Assembly: GCF_031769215.1 (NCBI RefSeq)
Contig: NW_026781965.1
Coordinates: 1,364,001 to 1,428,000, forward strand
Source: Ylistrum balloti
Lineage: Eukaryota
Reading direction: 5' to 3'
DNA: 64,000 nucleotides
Positions 11,501 to 23,055 of this stretch are shown here, piece by piece. A program made the translations under genes and the position numbers. Every line of letters begins with the position of its first letter. Position 1 is the stretch's first letter. Below the pieces are notes generated by a model. It was not told the origin of the DNA. It was given only the letters and a program-made list of their open reading frames with translations, and made no database searches.

Positions 11501-14500
11501 GGAGCATTGAAAGGTGAGTAGCATATAAAATAGGATTAACCCTATATATATGTGTGTAAACATATAAAATCTACAGTTATCACACAGTAAATAACTGGCA
11601 TCACAGAGTAAATAAACCAGCTATCACACAGCAAATAACTGGTATCACACAATAAATAAACCAGTTATCACAGCAAATAAACCAGTTATCACACAGTAAA
11701 TAAACCAGTTATCACAGTGCAAATGAACCACTTAAATTATCACACAGCAAATAAACCAGTTATCAAAGAGTAAATAAACCAGTTGTACAGCTAATAAACC
11801 ACTTATCACACAACAAATAATCCAGTTATTATACAGTACTAGGTATCATACAGTACTAGGTATCACACAGCAAATAAACCATTCAAAGTGTTACAGCCCT
11901 TTTTAAACCTAACTGTTATGGACACACACAGTATTGTTGGACATTCATGTACAGATTTATTCAGTACCTATATGAATAGCAAAAACATACAAACATTGAT
12001 GGTTCTGGGTTGCGTGATAACCACAGGTCGATAGAAATACTGATACCTGAACTGCCTTGCAATGATTTATCACTGAACAAAATTAGGAAGTATCTATCCA
12101 GAAATTAGTGAATGCTGGCAATTATATTGACCTACTGACCCAACTATATTGATTTTCAGTTGAAATATAAGCCAATGTTATTTCACCATTATATTGTGCT
12201 TTAATAAGCCCACCTCCTGAATTTGAGTAAGAATTGGTATATTTTGGTCCCATTTGATTATTGCGAAGAAAATATGGTATACAATTTGTTAGTATGCAAT
12301 TGTTGAGTGATTTGATACCATTAGTAATAGGTTATGGTAAGCACATAGTTAATTAGTTCTTGCAGACATTAATGTCAAGTTTCAAGCCTGATATGGTGCT
12401 CCAACTAACATTTTGCATTTATTATGTAAACATTAGTTCTGGAAACATTTTTATTAATAGGTGGAAAGAAAACACCTCTGAAGAAAGCACAAACTCCAAA
12501 TCCTAAGGCGAAAACACCCAAGATGGAAGCAGCCGACCTGAAGACAAAAACTCCAGTTCTTAATCAGAATGGAAAACCTACTACAAAGCAACAAACTCCA
12601 CGTTCAAAAGTGAAAACTCCTGCTAAAGTAGAAACTTCATCCCTGAAGGCAAAAACTCCAAACCCAAACGTAAATACACCTACAGTGCAAACTCCAGCTC
12701 TGAAGACAAAAACACCAGCTAAAAAAACTCCTGCTAAAGTAGAAACTTCATCCCAGAAGGCAAAAACCCCAAACCCAAACGTAAATACACCTACAGTGCA
12801 AACTCCAGCTCTGAAGTCAAAAACACCAGCTAAAAAAACTCCTGCTAAAGTAGAAACTTCATCCCTGAAGGCAAAAACACCAGCTAAAAAAACTCCTGCT
12901 AAAGTGCAAACTCCAGTCCCTACCACAAATGCTCCTGCTAATGTAAAAACTCCAACATTGAAAGGCAAAACGAGTGCAAAAGTGCAAACCCCAATTTCAA
13001 AGACAAAAACACTGGCAACTAAAATGTCAACGAAAGGCAGGACCATGTCTTCAAAACAGAAAATGGAAGTGGAAGATTCTGATGAAAGTGAAGAAAGTGA
13101 TGCAGATATCGATTTGGAAAATATAGGTAAGCTTTGAGGGACACATAAATACATTTTCTCTGATTTTTTTTCTTTGTGAAAGCCAAACTTTGTACAAAGA
13201 ATATTTGGTAATTAGAAACAGCACTTCATTGAAATGAAATATTGTCTTTAAAAATCTACCAGAAGTAAAAAAATTGAAAAAATAAGAGACTTAACCTCCA
13301 TGTTAAGACCAGTTTGATGGTGGTGTCCAGTAGATGAAGGTCTTCCTGAATTGTAGTTCCTCTTTATGAGCAATTGATAAAAAGAAAAAGATTACTGCTA
13401 GACAAAAAATATGTCCTCATTCAAAGTGAATTTAAAATATCCTTCAAATTTATGTTTTGATATGTGTACAGTATAATTCATGACAAGGACATGTAACAGT
13501 AAGTATTTCTCAAGTTTTTGTTGAAAAAAGGAACAAATTTTCAACGAATAATCTTTAAGGATTTTTAAAAGATTAAATTCAGAATTGAAAAAAAAAAACA
13601 CACACACATTATGAGAGTTGTTTTTGCTGGATTTGTAGGATTTAAGTGATCTGTATGAATGAGTACTATGATACATTGACCTGAATGTAGAATGGTACTA
13701 TTTACTTCCCAACAAGACGATAAGTTGATGCCAAATGAAATTGATGTTTCTGCTCTGAATCCTGACTTTGACTAGAGATACCACAATAATTTTATTTTAT
13801 TACAGATTCTGAATGTGATAAGCAGAAGCATAACCTCAAAGTTTGAACTATTTAACAAAAGATTAAAAAGATAAAACATTCTAATTAGATGCATTCCTCC
13901 ATTTACTTTTTTAAAGGCAAAGCAAGACTAGAAGAAGACAATAGTGAAGAAGAGGAAGATGATATAGGTATGTACCACAGATATTAAAACCCTCTTATCT
14001 GTTAGTTTATATTAGTGTCCAATTACTTACCTCAACTAAACCTGAGGACTAAGGTAATCTAAGCACTATCTGTTGGTTCACAAAGGTTTTTTACTTTTGA
14101 CAACTCTTTCAATATACAATATCTACATACCTTCTGGTCTGACACTGGTATTCAACTCTCAGATGTGGGTCTAAAGGACTATTTGGCCTTATTTGGACAA
14201 TGTTGAAAATTTTACCCTTGATCTCTATAGAATGAGATATACATCCAGATATTGAGTGCATGTGTCTTGAAGCTCTAATTGATTAGCTCTACTTTGATTA
14301 TTGCTTTACAGTCTAATAAAACTGCAAGATATAAGAAATACTAGATATAAGTGTATCAATATTTTAATAGGAGTTTCTGAATATCTGCCTCAGCTTGAAA
14401 GTTCCACTTTGATAGTACTAAAATGAAATCGAAATGATAACCCACCTTTTATAGAGATTATATCCGTTCTGTCGGTATGAAGTAAACAGTATCGAGGTCC

Positions 14501-14607
14501 AATTGTTTCATTTTACAATATCGTTCTTTCAAATACAACATAATCAAGGATCAACTAATTTATAAAATTTCTCTTCAAATTAGACATGGAAGATGATGAC
14601 TCCCTCG

Positions 14608-14638
<31 letters not shown>

Positions 14639-17600
14639 AGAGGAGGAAGATGATGATGACGATGATGAAGAGGAGGAGGAAGAAGAAGATGATGATGAAA
14701 AAGAGAAAGATGAAAAGGAAGAGGACAAAGAAAACACAGGTGAAATTAACAGCATCTGCTCATTAAAAAAAAAAGAGCTAGATTGCAGCATATTCCATGG
14801 AAATAGAATGGATACCCAAATCTATAGGGTATTTCCTGAACATATAATAGATATATCCTGACAACGAATTGTCTGTTTTCCCATTAATAAAGTTGCTTTG
14901 TTGTCCATCTTTTCAATAATGCAAACATTTCTGTTCTGTATTAAAGTGTAAATATATGCCCAAGACGAGAGCAGTTAGCATATATCAGCATCGTGATGTA
15001 TCGTGATTAGAAAAGCAGGACAAGGATATTGCGGAAAATTTTAAGATTGGCGATATCGCCACAGACAAAAAGAAGTAAGGACGTGGCTTTTAGATGTATT
15101 AGATTTCTTAATATATTAAATATTATTTTGTCTTTCAGTGCAAGGAAATTCATCTATGAAAAAACAGGATGTGGAAGGGAATGGTAATGGTTTTTGTCAA
15201 ATTGTGATATCACAAAAACAGAAGTCTAAGTGTAAGGTTGTTGATATGTTAGATTTCAAGTCAGTTTGATAGAATTTAGCTGTCACAAATGTCTTCAAGA
15301 CTTAAATGTATCTTGATAGTGTGTTAAACAGAATCTTTTCTTCCCAGATTTCAACATTCTAAGACATGTTTTCTAAATCTCAGCAGAAAGTGAAACTTAA
15401 ATGATATTATGATAATTATCAGCACATCGTGACACGCATATATATATATATATTTTTGTACATTAACTAAATTCACAGTTTGCATTTGATCTGGTGCAAA
15501 CATTAGCTTTTGACCCCTCACTCCCAACAGTATAGATTGACAAGTCTAATTTGTAAGAAAATGTTTTAATTTGTTTTTCAGTTGGGACAAATATGTCTCT
15601 TAAGAAACAGGACATGGATTGGAAAGGTAAATTATTATAGATTGAAAATCTGCTGATACACTGTCATACGTTTTTCTACATGTAATGAATATTTCGCAAA
15701 GATATAAGTAAAAAGTAGAAAATAATCCAGCTCTGTCATAGGTTAAGAAATTGCTTTGTTACAAACTAGTTCTTGGAAATAACTTCTTTTTTTTTCATTT
15801 TCATTTCATTCGATATGTTAACTTTTCCATTACAGTATACTTTCTATGCAACTCATAATAAAATTTGGCTATTTTTAGAGGATCTTGACAATAGGTCATT
15901 GTTTGTGAGAGATTTCCCAACAAAAACAAAGGTGGAAGATCTAAAAATGTTGACAAAAGATGTTTTAGAAGTTTATCCTAAACCACATCTTGGCTGCAAA
16001 AAAGGAAGTTTAAAGTAAGTAAATTATGGTGTCACATATAAATATAACCCTATTACATCAGTGATATGATTGTGTGTGTGTGTGTGTGTGTGCGTGTGTG
16101 TTATGGTTTGCATGTAAATTGTTGTAGTCACAACCCGTCCCTTGCCATGCACTATTTTGAGCCTACAATGACCTCAAACTTGTTATTGTGGGTCAAGCAA
16201 TAGTGCTACATCAATACCGACTCTGATTTTGTAGACATTTTCATGGTGTTTACAAATGAAAGTCAGGTGACAGATGAATTATCGAATGAATTTTCTGATC
16301 CATGGCTGATTCTAAATAGATCATTGACACACAACTGAAAAGTTTCAGAATAAAAGAAGACCTGGGATATTTTATCAACAACTTTAATAATGAATTAATA
16401 CATGGTGATTCGATTCTGAAACATTTAGCATAAATCATAATTATAAATGTATTTGACATGAACACAATGCCATACAACACACCCTCCACACATACACAGT
16501 TGTATGGCACAGTTTTATTATAATGATATGATGAAATTACATCCTTGTACACACACATTGGATACGTATTATTTACAGAGATTGTATGGCACACAGACAT
16601 ATCTATATATGGATCAGTATTTACATATGTTTACCTCCAACATTTTCAGGAAACGAAAATTTTGTGTCAGCATGCCTATTGAAATTTATATAAGGTCATC
16701 AGAACATTTGTAAAAGAGAATTGCTTGAATCTGATGTCATGTGTCATGTTGTCAGTTTTGGTATAATAGAGATGCATCAGTATGTTGATGTGTGTGTGTG
16801 TTTGTGTGTGCGTGCGTGTGTGCGTGCGCGCGCGCACGTTGTAGTCACAGCCCGTCCCTTGCCATGCACTATTTTGAGCCTACAATGACCTCAAACTTGT
16901 TATTGTGGGTCAAGCAATAGTGCTACATCAATACCGACTCTGATTTTGTAGACATTTTCATAGTGTTTACAAATGAAAGTCAGGTGACATACATGTTATA
17001 TGTATATTTCAATTAGGGACATTGAGTAACATATACTCTGTTTTGGTGAAAAATAAGAAAATCCATTTGTTTAACAAAAATATAGTTTCAGACTGTTATA
17101 CAGATCATATGGTATAAAAGACGTGCACATTTTTATTAGGCAATTTAGATAGCTGATTATCTGAAAATGGTGCCTAGACTTATTAAATGGTTTGGATAAG
17201 CAGTTATCTGTATGATAATGTGATTGGATGAGGTGCAACTGATGAGCAGTTAGAATTTGAGTGGCTAATGCACAAAGGTGTGATGTATCTGGTCTCCTAT
17301 CCTGTCAGATAGGTTTACCATAATAACTAGTCAGTGGTGTAATTGTCTTTCTATCAAGACAATATGCAAATGGTAATTTTTGATGTTTAGCTAATGTAAA
17401 GCTTTGTGCTGACATTTCCATTTAAAGTACTGTGTCTTTCCTGAAACGGATGCATCAGTATGTTAATATGATCAAAGTTGCACTATTTTGAGCCTACAGT
17501 GACCTCAAACTTGTTATTGTGGGTCAAGCAATAGTGCTACATCAATACCGACTCTGATTTTGTAGACATTTTCATAGTGTTTACAAATGAAAGTCCGGTA

Positions 17601-20600
17601 ACAGATAGCTGGCATACTCCTTAGCGTACATACAAATTTTCAAGGAGGTACTAAATATTTTCTCTTCATCTGATGCTTCAGTACTTATTAAAATCGTTTT
17701 TCATGTTATGATGTTAATTAATCTTTGCTATTGTCACTTCATGATGTCAAGCAGATGAAAAGTAATAAAGGAAAAAATATGAATATATTTGAAACTTTTG
17801 CAAAACTGTCTGTAGAAAGATACCGCAATCTGTCTGTATTTTTGTGAATATTATTGTGGCATCATGTTGAGAACCAAAGTTAGTCATCTTACAAATATTT
17901 GGCGTTTACACTCTCTCACCACAGCTAAGTCTGTTCTGATAAAGAACAAGGTTTAGACATCTGGTCCTACAATCTTTTGCTTTAATGTATAGTTGTGTTG
18001 TAATGATGTATTGTGAAAGTTGACTGGTTTTCATTGTTAGTGATTGTACCCCACTGTTCCTCAGCTTAGGGGCAGTAAGGTGACAAATATAAGGGCAGTA
18101 AGGTGGCATATATAGGGGCAGTAAGGTGACAAATATAGGGGCAGTAAAGAGACACATATAGGGGCAGTAAGGTGACATATATAGGGACAGTATGGTGACA
18201 TATGTAGGGGCAGTATGGTGACATATATAGGGGCAGTAAGGTGACACATATCGGGGCAGTAAGGTGACATATATAAGGACAGTATGGTGACACATATCGG
18301 GGCAGTAAGGTGACATATATAAAGACATTATGGTGACATATATAGGGGCAGTAAGGTGACACATATAGGGGCAGTAAGGTGATATATATAAGGACATTAT
18401 GGTGACATATATAGGGGCAGTAAGGTGACATATATAGAGGCAGTATGGTGACATATTGTAGCAGTTCAAATCAGAAATGACCTTGGCCCTTATTTATAGT
18501 CACTAGACTAAATTGATTGAATAAAAATGTGGTAGAAACTGTTTCCATTTTGTTGATTATGTTTAGTCTGGAATATTGGCAAGATTATCAAACAATTTGT
18601 TTAAATGAATTTGAATTACCATAGCTCCACATTGAAAATCAGTTCAGTATAGGAGAAAGAAAATGAATGCCAAGTCAATGATACAGTCCTCTTTGGTCTC
18701 TTGTTTATGGTTAATTGTGTTGTAATGCACATGTACATGGAGGAAAATGCCTGTTTTGGTTGAATTTTCTTTTTCCAGATTCTATTAAAGTCACATTTCT
18801 TCTTTCAAACCTTAAATCAGCAGTGTGATTTCTGATCAAACTATTTCCATTTTTTTGAAATTACAGATGGGCCATTTTGCGGTTCAAGAATGAAGAAACT
18901 GCAATAAAAAACCATAAGTTGCTGAATGGAATGAAAATTGAGAATAACAAATTATATGCTGACTTTGTTGGCGCAAAGAGCAAGCATGCCACTAGAACAT
19001 ATAAAAATGGTAAATATTACATGTATGATTAAATTTCTTTCATATTATCAACATTGACTTGCTTCAAACTTGTAAACTATGTTTAAGTGAAAAAATGACA
19101 TGAACTTGTACATAAATTTCTGCGTATGTGTATCCTTGAGGCAAAACTTTTATTTATTGTTTTATAATTTATCAACATTTAACATGATAACAGTATACCT
19201 GTAGTGTTTACTTATCATTAATTAAAAATCAAATTGTATCCTTGAGGCAAAACCTTTTTTTGATTCATCTTATACAAATTTGCTTTAGCCATGAAAACAT
19301 TTCAATGAAGTGTAGATAATTTATGGAAATTTATTAGAGATATTCTACTTTGATATTAAGTATTCATAGTTATACATAGTTGTTGTGTGTTCTTCTATTC
19401 CAGATCCTGTGGATCCTTTATCGTTGTTTATAACTGGATTACCACTTACATGGAAAGAACTTGATCTCAGTAGATTATTTCCAAAAGCGAAATCTGTGCG
19501 TTTTCCTGCAACTAAAAAGCATAAGAAAGGAAAGCGAGATATAACAAATGCTGTAGGGTAAGTGGACATGTTAGTCCTGGAATTTCTATAAACACCATAC
19601 AATTCATGTTTGTAAACTTTAAAAACTACTCTTTAATAAATGTGTTAACTCTCTATGCCATGTGATACATTACTATATAGAATACCTTAGGTATATCGTG
19701 CATGTCGAAAGTTCTTGTTCTGATGAGCACATTATAAGTAATTAGATGGTGGGCAGTTCACATTACCCAGCATTAGAAGGCACTGTGTCTATTCTGAAAA
19801 AAGTTATCACTATTTTTGAGAGATACTTAATGGAACTTTCCTAAATTTCTTGTGAAAGTTCCCGTTGGCCCCTTCTTGTATCCTTTTCATTTTGAGTGTG
19901 ATCATAAAAACAAAATGGATGACAGGTGGCCATCTTGGATGTTGACTATGGAGATTGTTATTGCTGTATCTTGAGAAGCACAGAATGGATCATTCTCAAA
20001 TTTTGATTTGTAGCCTCCTCTTGATCTCTAGTTTTACTCTCTTGATTTTGAGACCATCTGAAAACCAAAATGGCCAAGAGATTGCCTTCTTACATTTTTC
20101 ACGATATTGATATCTTGAAGTATTGGAAGTATTTTTCTTTAATTTTTATTTTGTGGGTTTCACTTGGTCCCTAACGGAGGCGTATAAGGTCAATTTGGAA
20201 ATTTGATCAGGAAAACAAAAAAAGGTCCTAGAGGCCACTATCTTGGCTTCGAGTGTTTAAGATTATTATTGCTATTTCTTCAGAGATATTCTTGAATTTC
20301 ATATAAGGAGCGAAAAGTAGACAAGAACAGAAAAGAAATAACGAGTTTCAATTAATAAAGAAAAAATGGTGGATGCTGAGATCCCTCTGGGATCACTGTT
20401 TGTAAGACAAATCCATGATTACTGACTTAATGTTGGGATCACTGTTTGTAAGACAAATCCATGATTACTGACTAATTGTTGGGATCACTGTTTGTAAGAC
20501 AAATCCATGATTACTGACTAATTGTTGGGGTCACTGTTTGTAAGACAAATCCATGATTACTGACTTAATGTTAGGATCACTGTTTGTAAGACAAATCCAT

Positions 20601-22834
20601 GATTACTGACTTAATGTTGGGATCACTGTTTGTAAGACAAATCCATGATTACTGACTAATTGTTGGGGTCACTGTTTGTAAGACAAATCCATGATTACTG
20701 ACTTAATGTTTGGATCACTGTTTGTAAGACAAATCCATGATTACTGACTTAATGTTAGGATCACTGTTTGTAAGACAAATCCATGATTACTGACTAATTG
20801 TTGGGGTCACTGTTTGTAAGACAAATCCATGATTACTGACTTTTTGTAAGACAAATAATTGTTGGGATCACTGTTTGTAAGACAAATCCATGATTACTGA
20901 CTTAATGTTAGGATCACTGTTTGTAAGACAAATCCATGATTACTGACTAATTGTTGGGATCACTGTTTGTAAGACAAATCCATGATTACTGACTTAATGT
21001 TAGGATCACTGTTTGTAAGACAAATCCATGATTACTGACTTAATGTTAGGATCACTGTTTGTAAGACAAATCCATGATTACTGACTAATTGTTGGGATCA
21101 CTGTTTGTAAGACAAATCCATGATTACTGACTTAATGTTGGGATCACTGTTTGTAAGACAAATCCATGATTACTGACTAATTGTTGGGGTCACTGTTTGT
21201 AAGACAAATCCATGATTACTGACTTAATGTTGGTGTGATTGTGTTCCAGGTATGGATTTGCTGACTTTGCAAGTGAAGCTGAAGCTAAAGCTGCACACGA
21301 TAAAATGCAAGGAAAATCAGTAGAGGGTAAAACACTAGTGATTATGTATGCCTTCAAGAGAGATCCCAAGACTACCAATAAAAGGAACAAAGAGGTGGAC
21401 AGCAGCTTGGATGGTGAGAACAATAATCGCATAATAGTCTAGGGCCACATAGCACACTGACTTACGTTTAGTCAAGGACACTTTCTATAAATAGAATATT
21501 GATATTGTTACTTTCGATAGAAGGTGACATGTAATGGAGTTACTGGGACCTCTATCAGGCCTTTTACTTTTGACGTCAAGTGCCGACTTCGAATGAAACA
21601 CTGATTTCTGAACAGCATATTTATCATAAGATTTGTTTTCAGTCCTTAGACATGAGTATAATTGGTATAAGTAACTGTATTATGACTGGAGTAGAGGGAG
21701 CATTTAGGGGTTAAATCTATGATTATCATATAAACAAGTTTTAATCGCAATATTAGGTGTAATGGTAATACAATAATTTTACGAGATGTGATGCCTACTT
21801 ACTACTTAGCCTTCAACTACTGAGTTGGAGTATAACTTTTAAATCACACCTGAGTGCTGTAGCTTAGATATTTGAATGTAAATGAAGGAAACTGATGAGA
21901 TCAAACTTAGGTCGAATTTTTTAAGTTCAACTGGGTACTGCATTGATACAGGGTTAAATTATGTCTTCATATGTGGGATAGCAAGTGTGTTAAATGTTTA
22001 TATGAGAGACTCATACTGTTTGAAGTAGGTCAAACTTTCTGTATATTGAGGATATGTAAGTTGAAAAGCTTATTGGAGGGAACAAGAGTAATGAACTTGT
22101 CTATATCATATGAAATAACCTACTAATTACGCTGCAAAGTATGAATTTACTGACTTATGATCTTGATCCTCTGAATAGAAATAGGAATAGGGGTAGGGAA
22201 TAGGGAAAGGTCTCCAAATATACAAACATTGTTTAACATCCAAAAAAAAAAATCAAAATCCTGCTGATGGATTCAAAAATATGAATATCATAGTAATTCT
22301 GTAATACAGTCTGTAGCCTGCTTGCAAGTAAGTCAAATATCTCTTGTAATAAGCAACTTACAAAATCGTCAAGATTGAACTAAACACAATAAAATTGATG
22401 GTTTTTTGCATAACAGACTTGAGTATATTGGAACCAAACATCAGTAATGTGAATGCCATTTAGATTGGAGTGCAGTGACCAAATACAAGATATAAATTTA
22501 CTGTCACATACCTGAATGTATTGTAAGTAAGTTATATGAATTTTTCACCAGTTGAGGACTTATTTTTAACAGAAGTACTTTCTTTATTCCTCATTGAAAT
22601 TTCTCCTGAATAAATATTTTATGATTGATCCCAATTTATGAGTGTATGAATCTAGGTTATCATTCAAAGACGAGTTATTCTTGTTCTATACAGCTCCAGC
22701 TGCAAAGAAGGCTAAGTTATCAAAACAGGTAGAAAATGAAGATGATGATGACGACGACGACGATGATGATGATGATGATGATGGTCCAGCAGCCAAGAAA
22801 GCTAAGTTATCAACAAAGCAGGGAGAAAGCGATG
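8598..22834 (+). CDS. Divergent nucleolin-like RNA-binding protein (TP/TPAK repeat region, acidic tracts, 2 RRMs, acidic C-terminal repeats); 3' end lost in the N gap
   Basis: 14 phase-consistent exons: 8598-8627 (MVPKKNSRAK), 10437-10541, 10778-10819, 11483-11513, 12461-13126, 13917-13967, 14584-14739, 15139-15183, 15582-15626, 15879-16014, 18867-19009, 19404-19557, 21250-21413, 22694-22834+, about 636 codons. RRM1: SLFVRDF...KWAILRF...LYADFVGAKS. RRM2: SLFITGL...GYGFADFASE...VEGKTLVIMY. Confidence 0.8.
10080..10248 (-). mobile_element. tRNA-derived SINE with a conserved central domain
   Basis: The minus strand reads an A-box-like AGGCGCAGCAGT, a B box GGGTTCAATTCCTGG (10183-10197), then GGGTTTTCCCTGGGTACTCCACTTTCCTCC, which is the conserved core motif of V/Meta-type SINE superfamilies. 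Confidence 0.75.
11572..11880. repeat. Degenerate minisatellite of about 23 bp (tatcacacagtaaataaaccagt)
   Basis: About 13 diverged tandem units, read directly. Confidence 0.8.
16147..16275 (+). ncRNA. Box H/ACA snoRNA, SNORA50/SNORA76-like, copy 1
   Basis: Hairpin GCACTATT/AATAGTGC with a 12-bp upper stem, H box ACATCA, a second hairpin, and ACA 3 nt from the end. Both pockets lie 14 nt from their box. The 5' pocket pairs with 18S GCTTG-UC-TCAAA. Sense and intronic in a ribosome-biogenesis gene. Confidence 0.85.
16864..16992 (+). ncRNA. Box H/ACA snoRNA, SNORA50/SNORA76-like, copy 2
   Basis: Near-identical to copy 1, with one loop substitution; boxes and pockets intact. Confidence 0.85.
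17478..17606 (+). ncRNA. Box H/ACA snoRNA, SNORA50/SNORA76-like, copy 3
   Basis: Same 129-nt element. Differences are an A-U to G-U stem change, a loop base, the bulged base and the base before ACA; flanks have diverged. Confidence 0.85.
18066..18458. repeat. 23-bp minisatellite (ggggcagtaaggtgacatatata)
   Basis: About 17 tandem units; source of the SPYCPY ORFs in the track. Confidence 0.9.
19900..20260. mobile_element. Interspersed repeat fragment carrying ggccatcttg motifs
   Basis: Shares ggtggccatcttggat-type motifs with 30030-30560; family not identified. Confidence 0.4.
20389..21232. repeat. 46-bp tandem array (gggatcactgtttgtaagacaaatccatgattactgacttaatgtt)
   Basis: About 18 near-identical units ending 17 bp before the splice acceptor of the exon at 21250. 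Confidence 0.95.
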
Positions 22835-23006
22835 NNNNNNNNNNNNNNNNNNNNNNNNNNNNNNNNNNNNNNNNNNNNNNNNNNNNNNNNNNNNNNNNNN
22901 NNNNNNNNNNNNNNNNNNNNNNNNNNNNNNNNNNNNNNNNNNNNNNNNNNNNNNNNNNNNNNNNNNNNNNNNNNNNNNNNNNNNNNNNNNNNNNNNNNNN
23001 NNNNNG
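22835..23006. other. Assembly gap (172 N)
   Basis: A run of n between a low-complexity acidic coding exon and a satellite array. Confidence 1.
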
Positions 23007-23055
23007 AATTGAAAAAAACTGTGATATGGATAGAATGTTTCTATAGGAAGTCATA

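Noticed and set aside
12564-13154. 196-aa hydrophobic minus-strand ORF
   Set aside because: Antisense shadow of the TPAK exon.
17235-17330. Two small hairpins between snoRNA copies 2 and 3
   Set aside because: Hairpins are too short, with no valid H box or terminal ACA.
17906-18469. SPYCPY-repeat ORFs
   Set aside because: Translations of a 23-bp minisatellite, antisense within an intron.
19715-19798. Possible C/D snoRNA (TGATGA...CTGA)
   Set aside because: The C box lacks the leading purine, there is no terminal stem, and I recognised no rRNA complementarity.
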